From Terriglobia bacterium (lineage in GTDB: Bacteria; Acidobacteriota; Terriglobia; 20CM-2-55-15), in contig CBDAOY010000004.1 in assembly GCA_965198225.1 (NCBI GenBank), forward strand, positions 288,001-352,000: a stretch of 64,000 bases of DNA. Reading direction: 5' to 3'. The notes beneath the pieces are model-generated. The model worked only from the letters and a program-made list of their open reading frames with translations. It was not told where the DNA came from and made no database searches. This document shows, one piece after another, positions 1-9,268 of this stretch. The translations under genes were made by a program, and so were the position numbers. Each line of letters starts with the position of its first letter. The first letter of the stretch is position 1.

Positions 1-813
1 TATCTGCTGGGTGTGATCATCGAGAAGGTTACGGGACAGACCTACGAGGAGTATCTGCACGAAAACATCTGGGAGCCGCTCGGGATGCTGGAGTCTCACT
101 ACCTCGACAACTCCCCCATCGTCCGGAATCGGGCCGAGGGATACGAGTTTCGGCGGGGACGCGTCGTCAACGACGATCCCCTGAGCATGCGCCTGCCCTA
201 TTCGGCCGGCTCCCTGGGATCGAGCGTGTCGGACCTGTTCACCTGGCAGGCAGCGCTCCAGGGCAACAGGGTCATCAGCGAAGGCAGCTATGAGCGCATG
301 ATCACGCCCGGGACTCTCAACGGCGGCAAGAAGTTGACCTACGGGTACGGGTTGGGGATTGGTGCGATGGAAGGACACCGAAAGATATCCCATGGAGGCG
401 GCATCAACGGTTTCCGGACCCACCTTTCCTACTATCCGGATGACGACCTGACGGTCGTCGTCTTGACCAACACCGGCTCCGCCAGTCCGGCCGTGCTCGA
501 GAGCGAGATCGCCCGAGCTGTCCTTGGCATCGCCAGGATCGATATCCCGGAGATCGACCTGACGATCGCTCAACTGGAGATGTATGCGGGCACGTACGAC
601 CCTGGGCGCTCGCCGATCCGGGTATCGGTTCGCGACGGTCACCTGATGATGATGGGGGTAGCGCTTCGCCCGATCGGCGACCATCGATTCGTTTCGTCGA
701 TCGATCCGTATCGCCGGGCCACCTTCACCATGGAGGGCGATCGCGCCGGCCGGGTTCGGATCGAGCGGGAAGGGCAGGTTACCGAAGCCCCACGGGTCCC
801 CCCTGGCCCGTAA
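1..813 (+). CDS. Serine hydrolase (class C beta-lactamase-like), 5' end outside the window
   Basis: Motifs IIEKVTG..YEEYL..IWEPLGM, YSAGSLGSS..DL and HGGGING of the beta-lactamase family C-terminal half. Confidence 0.85.
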   Translation, partial: YLLGVIIEKVTGQTYEEYLHENIWEPLGMLESHYLDNSPIVRNRAEGYEFRRGRVVNDDPLSMRLPYSAGSLGSSVSDLFTWQAALQGNRVISEGSYERMITPGTLNGGKKLTYGYGLGIGAMEGHRKISHGGGINGFRTHLSYYPDDDLTVVVLTNTGSASPAVLESEIARAVLGIARIDIPEIDLTIAQLEMYAGTYDPGRSPIRVSVRDGHLMMMGVALRPIGDHRFVSSIDPYRRATFTMEGDRAGRVRIEREGQVTEAPRVPPGP

Positions 814-829
814 CCTGGACGATTCGAGA

Positions 830-1411
830 ATGAAGCGAATCTGCGTGTTCGCCGGATCGAGCCCTGGGTTGAGGGAAGAATATTCGGCCGCGGCCCGATC
901 TCTTGCCCGCTCGCTCGTGTTTCGCCACTTGGGCCTCGTTTACGGCGGCGGGGATATCGGGTTGATGGGAGTCCTGGCCGACACGGTTCTCGACGAGGGC
1001 GGCGAGGTTATCGGTGTCATCCCGCGGGCGCTTCTCGACCGGGAGATCGCGCACCGGACCCTCACCGAGCTGCGGGTCGTTTCCTCTATGCACGATCGAA
1101 AAGCGCAGATGGCGGAGCTGGCCGATGGTTTCGTCGTGCTGCCGGGCGGTCTTGGCACGCTGGAAGAATTCCTCGAGATTCTGACCTGGGCACAACTCGG
1201 AATACACCACAAACCCGTCGGGGTGCTGAACGTCGCGGGCTACTACGACACGCTCCTCGAATTCCTGGATCAGACCGTCGTCGAGCGGTTCGTCAAGGAC
1301 GAAAACCGTCGGATGGTGCTGGTCGAGGAACGCCCCGAGGCGTTGCTGGACTGCTTCGAGAGGTATACCCCGCCCGAGGTTCGGCAATGGGCGGATAGTT
1401 CTGAAACCTGA
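830..1411 (+). CDS. LOG-family nucleotide phosphoribohydrolase (TIGR00730-like)
   Basis: ICVFAGSS, LVYGGG..GLMG, MHDRK and PGGLGTLEE signatures. Confidence 0.93.
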   Translation: MKRICVFAGSSPGLREEYSAAARSLARSLVFRHLGLVYGGGDIGLMGVLADTVLDEGGEVIGVIPRALLDREIAHRTLTELRVVSSMHDRKAQMAELADGFVVLPGGLGTLEEFLEILTWAQLGIHHKPVGVLNVAGYYDTLLEFLDQTVVERFVKDENRRMVLVEERPEALLDCFERYTPPEVRQWADSSET

Positions 1412-1481
1412 TGCCTGCTGATGTCCAGGCATACGGCTGGGGCGTGACGGTTCTGTCCCCGCGGCTGAAAGCTGTCGGGGA

Positions 1482-2525
1482 CTAGTGATTACGCGAAGAC
1501 CGTTCCAGTTCGTCGTCGATGATCGTAGCGTAGGTTTCGAACGGTTGGGCTCCCGACACGATACGCCCGTTGATGAACACGGCCGGCGTTCCGGTGACTC
1601 CCGCGATGACGCCGTCCCGGATGTCGCTCCGGACTCGATCCGCATTCTTGCCTGAATCCAGGCAGGCATTGAAGGCCTCGGTGTTCAAGCCCAGGCCCTC
1701 GGCCTTGGCTTTCAGACTGGCCACTTCGAGCTCGACAGGTTCTTGAAAGAGCAGGTCGTGCAGCGTCCAGAACTGACCCTGCTCATGAGCGCACAGCGAA
1801 GCTTCGGCTGCCTTCTGTGCCCGGGAGTGGATGTTGTTCAGTGGGAACTGTCGGAACACGATCTGAATCTGATCCCCGTAGTGTTCCTTGATCTGTTCCA
1901 GCGCGGGAAGGGCTCTGCGGCAGAATGGACACTCGAAGTCCGAAAACTCGACGATCTTCACGGGTGCATCACCGAGACCCAACGCCGGATGATCGGCCAC
2001 CTCCAGCTCGACGCGATAGGGTTCGAGCAACGACTCCACTCCGTACGACTCCTTGAGGCGTTCGACGAACTCGCCGAGCGCTGTCTGGTAGCTCTGCTCG
2101 TTGAGGAAGTTCCGAACCTGCTGCAAGCCGTCTTCCTGGGAGAGGTTCGCCAGCCTGCTTCTGTTCGCGTTGTACACGTTCTGGACCTCGGCTTCGGTCG
2201 GCGCTTCTTTGTTGGCCGTTACTTCGGTGGCGAGCATCTCGTCCATCGAGATGCCCCGCTCCGCTGTCTCGGCCTTCAGGAGCCGGTCCGCGATCGCTTC
2301 GTTGAGAGCATTCTCGATGATTCCGTGCTCCTCTCTTCGGGTGTTGGCCGCGGCCTGTAGACGCTGTGTTTCCAGTGCCCCGAGCTCAGCCGCGGCCACT
2401 GCCCTCATATCCGCTTCAGTCAAGGTCTCGCCGTTGACGATGGCCAGAGGCCTCGACGATTGGGCCCGGGCGGCCGGAATCAGGATCAACGCCAGGGCAC
2501 ATACGCCCACGATGCGTGTGCACAT
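1482..2525 (-). CDS. DsbA-family thioredoxin-fold protein with SurA-like N-terminal region
   Basis: Signal peptide; EFSDFECPFC (CxxC), FRQFPL, GVTGTPAVFING; ATG at 2525 preferred. Confidence 0.88.
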   Translation of the reverse strand: MCTRIVGVCALALILIPAARAQSSRPLAIVNGETLTEADMRAVAAAELGALETQRLQAAANTRREEHGIIENALNEAIADRLLKAETAERGISMDEMLATEVTANKEAPTEAEVQNVYNANRSRLANLSQEDGLQQVRNFLNEQSYQTALGEFVERLKESYGVESLLEPYRVELEVADHPALGLGDAPVKIVEFSDFECPFCRRALPALEQIKEHYGDQIQIVFRQFPLNNIHSRAQKAAEASLCAHEQGQFWTLHDLLFQEPVELEVASLKAKAEGLGLNTEAFNACLDSGKNADRVRSDIRDGVIAGVTGTPAVFINGRIVSGAQPFETYATIIDDELERSSRNH

Positions 2526-2635
2526 AGGTTCCTCCGTTAACCAGTTGAAGCTAAATGCTACCAACTCTGAAGGGATTGGGACAGGTAAAGAAAGTGGCCG
2601 AGGTGACGAGTGACAAGTAGGAGCGGGCGATCTCT

Positions 2636-2675
2636 AACTGACTACTGACTACCGACTACTGACTACTGACTACTC
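2636..2675. repeat. Heptamer tandem repeat (ACTGACT/ACCGACT), about 5 units
   Basis: aactgactactgactaccgactactgactactgactactc read directly; same family at 40378-40505, 44622-44653 and 45750-45778. Confidence 0.9.
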
Positions 2676-2703
2676 AAAAGGGGCGGCTTCGCCGCCCCTT
2701 TTG
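2675..2703 (-). terminator. Rho-independent terminator, possibly bidirectional
   Basis: Perfect hairpin CAAAAGGGGCGGC-TTC-GCCGCCCCTTTTG just downstream of the MBL-fold gene stop. Confidence 0.85.
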
Positions 2704-2711
2704 TTCCCCGG

Positions 2712-4301
2712 TCAGTTTTCCGCCGTGGCCATCACCCGCGCCAGATCCCGGTACGGGCCGACACCGCCGTGACCGCCCACGACCTGATTCACGTCCAGGC
2801 CGGCCGCCGTGACGCCCCTGTAGAAAGCCAGCGCGTTCGCGTTGTCCGCAGTCACAGGTCCACCCGGTGAGTAAAGGTCACTTACGAAGGCGGTCCCTGC
2901 GTCGGCCACAAACGCGATGAGCATTCCTGTGGCGTGCTCGTTCTCGACATGATGGAACTGGACGGTTCGTGTTCCGTCGGTCAGCTCCATCGGTTCGCCA
3001 ACTCCCTCCACGGTTGGGCTGGCACCCGACGCTTGTTGGAGAGAGTCCGGCCTCTGCGTGTGTTCGGCGCCAAGAACAGTCTCCAGGAACGGCACGATAC
3101 TCTCGTGACCGACGATAGTTGCGCCCTTTGCGGCGTATGCCCGGACTCCTCCGCTGTGGTCCATGTGGAAGTGGGTCAGCACGGCGTAGCGGATCGGCTT
3201 GTCGGGAAAACTTTCCTCCAGAGCTTCGATAACCGCCGCCGATCTTTCCTCATACAGCGGCGTTCCCACGACGATCAGATGGTCTTCCATCTCGACCACC
3301 ATGCTGTGATGGCTGCTTCCGGTGGCATGGAGGATTCCCGGGGCGACTTCCCCGAGCACGACGTTCTGCGGCTGGGCAAACCCCTGGTATCCGACCCCGA
3401 GTGTCGCCCGGCGCAGAGTCCACTGCGAAACCTGGCGCTCACCAACCTCCGGTGTGTCGCGAACTTCCTGAGGGATATCGAAGGTCCCCTCGTCGAACGT
3501 CCCGTTGTTGATCAGGTTGCGGAACTCTTCCAGCCTGAATCGTTCGCCGTTCAGGAACAACGCTTGCGCATGAGGCAGCCTGACGTTGATCGGTGTTCCG
3601 TCGGCGGCCGCGTCGACCTGGGCTTCACGCCACTGGTCGTAAACCAGCGTGTTCAGCGTGTCGCCGTAAAGCGGATCGTCTTCAGTGTAGGTAACCTGTA
3701 TCGGGAGCTTCGTGAAGTTGTCGATCTGGAGTTCGACCGGCTGGCCGCCGTCCCGATACTGCAGAAACTCGATGGTCGTCCCGTCGACCGTTTGATCCTC
3801 CACTCGCGTTAGTTCCGCTGAGTCTCTTGCAACGAAGAGCAGCCGTGTTGCCAGGCGGTTGAAATCTCTCATCCGCGTCGCAAACCGGCTCGGATGCATC
3901 CGGGTGTACACGGGTTCGCCTTCCTCGTCGGTCCCCCGGAGAGCGCCGACGTTGCCGTCGATCACCTCAGTGAACTGAACAGCCTGATTGTTCGGATAGA
4001 TTCGTTCGCCATCAAAGTTGAGGTACATACTCGAGTTCGTGAAGTCGACCATCAGTGTCCGGCCCCAACCATTGACCTGGCGTTCGGCCCCGGGCTCTAC
4101 TGCCTGCATCGGCTCCCAGTCATTGCCCTGCGAGACGATTTCCTGTCGTTCGATCGCGGAGAGCACGTCCCAGCCGCCCATGGATTGCGCAACCTCGTCG
4201 AGCAGCGCACGTGCCGCTTCCGGGCCGGTTGTGGGCTCCGAGCCGCAGGCGGAAATGGAAAGGACCGTCAGCGTGAGAACGATAATCCAGCGGGTTCTCA
4301 T
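2712..4301 (-). CDS. MBL-fold metallo-hydrolase lipoprotein
   Basis: Lipobox ISAC; THFHMDHSGG metal motif, later H and SDLY; ATG at 4301. Confidence 0.85.
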   Translation of the reverse strand: MRTRWIIVLTLTVLSISACGSEPTTGPEAARALLDEVAQSMGGWDVLSAIERQEIVSQGNDWEPMQAVEPGAERQVNGWGRTLMVDFTNSSMYLNFDGERIYPNNQAVQFTEVIDGNVGALRGTDEEGEPVYTRMHPSRFATRMRDFNRLATRLLFVARDSAELTRVEDQTVDGTTIEFLQYRDGGQPVELQIDNFTKLPIQVTYTEDDPLYGDTLNTLVYDQWREAQVDAAADGTPINVRLPHAQALFLNGERFRLEEFRNLINNGTFDEGTFDIPQEVRDTPEVGERQVSQWTLRRATLGVGYQGFAQPQNVVLGEVAPGILHATGSSHHSMVVEMEDHLIVVGTPLYEERSAAVIEALEESFPDKPIRYAVLTHFHMDHSGGVRAYAAKGATIVGHESIVPFLETVLGAEHTQRPDSLQQASGASPTVEGVGEPMELTDGTRTVQFHHVENEHATGMLIAFVADAGTAFVSDLYSPGGPVTADNANALAFYRGVTAAGLDVNQVVGGHGGVGPYRDLARVMATAEN

Positions 4302-4404
4302 CAGTTTCACCCCCATTGCAATGTTTGAATCAGTGAAGGGTACGTCAAGCGGGCTCAAAGATCAATTGAATGAGAGGGTTTGGTGGAGGGTTCGACGCCT
4401 TGGG

Positions 4405-5184
4405 TCAGACGCCGCGGGGCAATTTTTCGGCGGGGACCCATATGGAGCGCCCGGTCAGTTCACGATGGTCCAGACCCGCAGCCTTGTCCATCAGCCGAAG
4501 AGATTCCGGCTGCGGCACCTCGAAACGCCAGTCATCGGACCGCCCACCCACGTCTTCGAGAGCCGACGTCCACTCGCCCCACCACGGCGTCAACCGTCGG
4601 GCAATCGGTTCGACGATCAGGGCCGATGCCCCACGGCGGGCAGACCGTCTGAGCCTCTCGAGCAGTTTGCCGCGCGACGAAGCGGTAAGCTCATTTACCG
4701 TAAAAGCCGCCAGAATGCCGGCACCCTTGCCGGGCAGATCGAAGCCTGCCAGGTCGGCCCGGTGTACCTTCCCCCGCAGTCCGAGTGTCTGAAGAGCCCA
4801 TCGCGCCTCGTCCGCGGCCCACGAGTTCCGCTCGACACCGACGATTTCAGGTCGCGTTCCGGAAGACAGCGCCCAGGCGGCCCCTGCCGCACCGGTTCCG
4901 CAACCGAGATCGACGACCCGAGTCAGCTCGCAGCCGTCAGCCCCGAGCGCGAGCACGATTTCACGGACAAGAAGGAAGTGGAGTGGTGCGTAAAAAAGGG
5001 CGAACGCGGCCCGCTTTCCGGCGCTCTCCAGAGCCCGCCCGGCTCTAGAGAGCCGGCGCTCGACATACCCGACCGATAGCGCCTGAACGGCCCGCCGGAC
5101 CTCCTGGAAGGTGAGATCGGCGAGGTGCCGATCTTCCAGAGCCGAGAACCAGGTTCGGAACGCGTCTGTCTCGTCTGAGGTCAT
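4405..5184 (-). CDS. Class I SAM-dependent methyltransferase
   Basis: VVDLGCGTGAAG motif I; AFALFYAPLH; ATG at 5184. Confidence 0.8.
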   Translation of the reverse strand: MTSDETDAFRTWFSALEDRHLADLTFQEVRRAVQALSVGYVERRLSRAGRALESAGKRAAFALFYAPLHFLLVREIVLALGADGCELTRVVDLGCGTGAAGAAWALSSGTRPEIVGVERNSWAADEARWALQTLGLRGKVHRADLAGFDLPGKGAGILAAFTVNELTASSRGKLLERLRRSARRGASALIVEPIARRLTPWWGEWTSALEDVGGRSDDWRFEVPQPESLRLMDKAAGLDHRELTGRSIWVPAEKLPRGV

Positions 5185-5270
5185 TAGCGATGAATACTTC
5201 GCAGGCGTCGCAAAGGCTGACACCAAAGGTAATGTACACGCCCGTACGTCGTTTCCCCCCCTTTCTTCGC

Positions 5271-6086
5271 TCAGTCTCCGTCGGCGTCGTTCGACCAGTC
5301 CGGGAAAACATCCGGCTCCAGATCCAATCCACTGGCGAACTTTGTCAGGCCCGCAAAACGTTGGACCACACACAGTGTTTCCCAGACCTCTTCCTCGTCG
5401 ATCTCTAGCCTCCTGGCTTCGTTCCCGAAGAAGTCGGTACCGTAGTCCGATCCCGCGGCAGCGGATACAGCCAGCGCAATCAGTGTCTTCCGTTCCCGCG
5501 TCAAGAGGTCCGCCTCCAGGACCTGACGAACCCAGGACCAGGTCACCCGCAGGTAGAGCCCTCTTCGCGCGAGGGCGCGGAAGACGCCCGGAGCCTGCTG
5601 CATGCCGAAGAACTCGGCGATTTCGCCCAGCGGTCCGGCGTCGCCGGAATCAACAGGGATCGAAACCAGCGGACGGCGCCGGGAGCCTTCGTCGAACTCC
5701 AGCGGAAGCCGCAGGCCGTCGGCAAGCCGAATCAGTCCGTGGACGGCCATGACCACATAGATGGCTTCGACCCAGATTTCCGGATTCTTTGCCTGTTTGT
5801 TCTGCTGCATCCCGGCAGCAGTGTGTGAGACTACTCAGTAGTCGCATGTGTAGATGGTCGATGTCGCCACGGCCAGCATCTCCTTGAACCAGCCGGGGAG
5901 CACGCCGCTTGTTCCCATCAGCGCGCCCATGCCTTTGGAGTGTTCGATCGCCAGGTCGAGCTTGTAGGCCATGGCGCGGCTGATCATCGGGACGCGATCC
6001 CAGCTCATCCGTTTCATGACGGCGTCGAAATAGGCTCGTTGTTCCGGAGAGTTGTCTTCGATCGGTGGTATCGGGATCGTGGGCAT
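5271..6086 (-). CDS. Tandem AhpD/CMD-like protein with in-frame UGA (putative selenocysteine, CxxU), 271 aa
   Basis: ORFs 5835..6086 and 5271..5810 share a frame and are separated only by TGA at 5835-5837; readthrough gives KEMLAVATSTIYTCDYUVVSH, the AhpD CxxC..H pattern with U in place of the second Cys; RBS aggag upstream. Confidence 0.8.
5802..5837 (-). promoter_or_regulatory. Putative bacterial SECIS element
   Basis: UGA, 13 nt, then perfect 7-bp stem CUGCUGC/GCAGCAG with loop CGGGAU (G at loop position 2). Confidence 0.65.
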
Positions 6087-6248
6087 CGGGATTCTCCTTT
6101 TTCCTTGTGAAAGACCTGCCGCCCCGAAGCGCGGACGACAGCGAATTGAAACATGCCTGGCACGGCGCTGACAACGACCAGCAGCCGCGGGCTGCTACGC
6201 TAACGGCAGCCGAGTTCGCTCGTCTATTCCTGTTGCGAGAGTGATGTT

Positions 6249-7622
6249 ATGCCTGTTTTGTTCCTGACGCTGCTGCTCCAGAGCTTCTTCCCCATCTTTG
6301 ATGCACCCGGCGTGGAGTACGTCGGCCTCTCAGCTGTCAACGCATCGGACGAATCCGCCCAGGTTACGGTCACGCTCACCGGGAATAGCGGCTCTGTTGT
6401 GAGCGTCGCCGGAATGACACTGGCGGCCGGGAATCAGAGTGCACTCCTCCTCCGGGAGGTCCTGGACGTCGAAACCACCCCCGCGTCAGGATGGATTCAG
6501 CTGGATTCTTCGCAGCAGGGGACAGAGTTCTTCCTGGCGGCCGGCGGTGATGGACTGCTGGGCGGCGCGGCGCCGGCTAGGTCGCTGTCGACGATGATCC
6601 TGCTCCCGAACGTCCGGGTCGATACCGGGTTCAAGGAATTGGGCGCTACCGATACGCTGGTGGCCATCGTCCATCCGGGCTCTGCCTTTGCAACTACTGT
6701 TACGCTCGAGTTGATCGGGCTCGACGGCGCGGTCGCCGGCAGTGTGACCAGGGTTCTGCCGACCCGAGGCAGCCTGACTCTGCGAGTCTCGGAAGCCTTC
6801 CGCGACTTCATGCCTGACAATGGAGTCGGGGGCCGGACGTTCGAGGGTTATCTCCGACTGAGGTCGACACTGGGTATCTCGGCGTGGCAGCGCGTCGAGA
6901 CGCCTCTCGTGCACACGGTGCTCCGCGGACGCGGTCTCGAGGAGTTGGATTCTTCCGGTGTCGTGCTGGCTCCGTATTTCGTGTTCGGCGGGCTCTATAG
7001 GTCCACCTTGAATCTCATCAATCCCTCGGCCGAGTCCGTCAGCCTGGAACTCGTCGCCGAGAATGGCAACGGCGGCACGATCGGCGAGACCGTCCAGCGC
7101 ACCCTCGGACCTGGAGAGGTGCTCCGTTCCGATGTCGAGGCGCTCTTTCGCGTCGTCACGATCCAGACTTTTCCCGGCCCGACGATTACCGGTTATGTCC
7201 GCATCCGTGGGACCGGTGGCGGTTCGATCCAACTGATCGGAAGCCTCGACGTTGCCAGTACCGGGCAGGGGACGTTCTCGCAGTCCGGGATGTCCTACCC
7301 CATCGGTGATCGAAGGACCGAGATGTGGGTGATCCCCCTGGCACTCGGCGGGTCGGACTACTACTCCGGATATTCCATTGCCAACCCCAACGAACTGCTC
7401 GCGGTCCAGACGGATGTGACGATCGAAGTCCGCGACTCCAGTGGGGTGCTGATCGACACATCGTTGGTGTCGCTGTCTCCGCGCCGGCAACATGCAGCCG
7501 TGACGCCACGCGAGCTGGCATCGGGCTGGGTCCGCATCACCGCGAACATGCCGGTCGGGCTTGTCGCTGCAATCGGCACTGCCGACTCGAGCGTCCTCGA
7601 ACAGGTGCCGGCAGGCAACTGA
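6249..7622 (+). CDS. Secreted hypothetical protein with about 4 repeated beta-sandwich-like units
   Basis: Repeating pattern: FFPIF..YVGLSAVN, LLPNV..TLVAIVHP, LAPYF..YRSTLNLINP, VIPLA..YSGYSIANP. Confidence 0.7.
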   Translation: MPVLFLTLLLQSFFPIFDAPGVEYVGLSAVNASDESAQVTVTLTGNSGSVVSVAGMTLAAGNQSALLLREVLDVETTPASGWIQLDSSQQGTEFFLAAGGDGLLGGAAPARSLSTMILLPNVRVDTGFKELGATDTLVAIVHPGSAFATTVTLELIGLDGAVAGSVTRVLPTRGSLTLRVSEAFRDFMPDNGVGGRTFEGYLRLRSTLGISAWQRVETPLVHTVLRGRGLEELDSSGVVLAPYFVFGGLYRSTLNLINPSAESVSLELVAENGNGGTIGETVQRTLGPGEVLRSDVEALFRVVTIQTFPGPTITGYVRIRGTGGGSIQLIGSLDVASTGQGTFSQSGMSYPIGDRRTEMWVIPLALGGSDYYSGYSIANPNELLAVQTDVTIEVRDSSGVLIDTSLVSLSPRRQHAAVTPRELASGWVRITANMPVGLVAAIGTADSSVLEQVPAGN

Positions 7623-7647
7623 TCCACCCGCTGTTTGTCTCAACGAA

Positions 7648-7800
7648 GTGTAGGTGTGGTCTATGACCATCCTTGTCCAAAAGAGGCCTTCGAGGGGAGG
7701 GAATTTTGGAGAGGCGGATCTCCTGAGGAGGTGTAGGTGCGGTCTATGACCGCACATTCTTCGAGCCGAAACGATGTGCGCTCATAGAGCGCACCTGCAC
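7648..7800. repeat. GTAG-type REP singlet (7650-7671) plus inverted REP doublet (7731-7800)
   Basis: GTAGGTGCGGTCTATGACCGCAC followed by inverted GTGCGCTCATAGAGCGCACCTGC, between convergent genes. Confidence 0.85.
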
Positions 7801-7822
7801 CCGATCCTGAAGTTTCGTTGTC

Positions 7823-8980
7823 TCAGCCGCTGAGCGCCTGTTCGAAGTCTTCGATCAGGTCCTCGATCGATTCGATTCCGACCGACAGCCGCAGCAGTCC
7901 GTCGGGAATCCCCAACCTTCCGCGATCCTGGTCGGACATGGCCGAGTGTGTGGTGATGGCCGGCCGCGTGATCAGCGTCTCGATGCCTCCCAGGCTGACC
8001 GTGTTGATCGGCAGCTCCAGTCGCTCCATAAACTCTTCCGCGGCGTCGGCGGCGCCCGAGAGTTCGAAACTAAGCATTCCCCCAAACCCGTCGAACAGAT
8101 CCCGCGCCAGTGTGTATTCGCGATGAGATTCGAGTCCGGGGTAGTTCACGTTCTCCACGGCCGGGTGTTTTTCCAGGAAGCTGGCCAGGAACATCGCATT
8201 GCTGTTCTGCCGGTCGACGCGGACCGCCAGTGTCTTGATGCCGCGGTGGAGCAGGAAGGCGGCATGCGGGTCGAGCGATCCGCCGAGATGGTTGAGCCGG
8301 TGGGTGATCCTCTCGATCAAGTCCGCACGGCCGATGCATGCACCAGCGACCAGGTCGGAGTGTCCGTTGAGGAACTTGGTCGCGCTGTGCAGTGACAGAT
8401 CGATGCCGACCTCAGACGGCCGGAAGTTGACCGGGCTGGCGAAAGTGTTGTCGATCATCGAAACCAGGCCGTGTGTTCGCGCGAATTCGGCTGCCATCTT
8501 GATGTCGGGGACCCGTAGGGCCGGGTTCGACATGGTTTCCAGGTAGATGGCCCGCGTGTTGTCTCGCAGCATCTCCTCCCAGGACGCCGGAGCGGCCCCA
8601 TCGATGAAGTCGAACTCGATCCCGAATGACGGAAAGTCTTCGGTGACGAGGTAGTGGGTCCCGCCGTAAAGACAATCCTGGACGAGGACATGATCGCCGG
8701 CCGACAGGAAGGTCAGCAGGGACGTCGAGATTGCCGCCATACCGCTGGAGGTGACCACCGCCGCTTCGGCGTTCTCGAGTGCCGCGAGCTTGCTGGCGAC
8801 CGCGACCTGGTTTGGCGTGTTGTTCAGCCGGATGTAGGGAATCGCATCATACCCGATTTCGTCAGCCCGCTCGTACATCGCGGTCTGGAAAATCGGCATC
8901 GTGATCGCGCCGCCGATGCGTGGCGAAGGCTCGCCGCTTCGGATGACTTTCGTATCGATATGCTTGAAGCTGTTTGGCAT
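7823..8980 (-). CDS. Cys/Met metabolism PLP-dependent enzyme (cystathionine gamma-synthase/lyase family)
   Basis: SSGMAAI, LYGGT, ETMSNP, DNTFASP, HSATKFLNGHSD (PLP lysine), SLGGIETL, LLRLSVGIE. Confidence 0.92.
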   Translation of the reverse strand: MPNSFKHIDTKVIRSGEPSPRIGGAITMPIFQTAMYERADEIGYDAIPYIRLNNTPNQVAVASKLAALENAEAAVVTSSGMAAISTSLLTFLSAGDHVLVQDCLYGGTHYLVTEDFPSFGIEFDFIDGAAPASWEEMLRDNTRAIYLETMSNPALRVPDIKMAAEFARTHGLVSMIDNTFASPVNFRPSEVGIDLSLHSATKFLNGHSDLVAGACIGRADLIERITHRLNHLGGSLDPHAAFLLHRGIKTLAVRVDRQNSNAMFLASFLEKHPAVENVNYPGLESHREYTLARDLFDGFGGMLSFELSGAADAAEEFMERLELPINTVSLGGIETLITRPAITTHSAMSDQDRGRLGIPDGLLRLSVGIESIEDLIEDFEQALSG

Positions 8981-9065
8981 CGAATTCTCCCCGGCAGAAG
9001 TTGTCGTCGAACCAGCGGCAGTTTACCACCTGACATAATTTCGACAGGCGGGAACGAAAAGAACT

Positions 9066-9151
9066 AACCACGGAGGCACGGAGACGCGGAGGGATCCGTT
9101 GGCACTCAGAAGTGCCATTCATATCCTCCGTGCCTTCGTGCCTCCGTGGTT
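9066..9151. repeat. Octamer-based inverted repeat (CACGGAGG/CACGGAGA units)
   Basis: AACCACGGAGGCACGGAGACGCGGAG ... CTCCGTGCCTTCGTGCCTCCGTGGTT. Confidence 0.8.
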
Positions 9152-9268
9152 GAATTCCCGCCGGACCGGTCTTAGACCGAACTAGCAATCAGGTGTGCAC
9201 CGGGGTTGATTGACCGGGGTTTCGCTGTGAGCTAGCATCGCGGAGACACTTCCGCAGAGGAGGAGATA

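Noticed and set aside
6157-6175. TGGCACG as a sigma54 promoter (also near 26256)
   Set aside because: No TTGC -12 element at the required spacing
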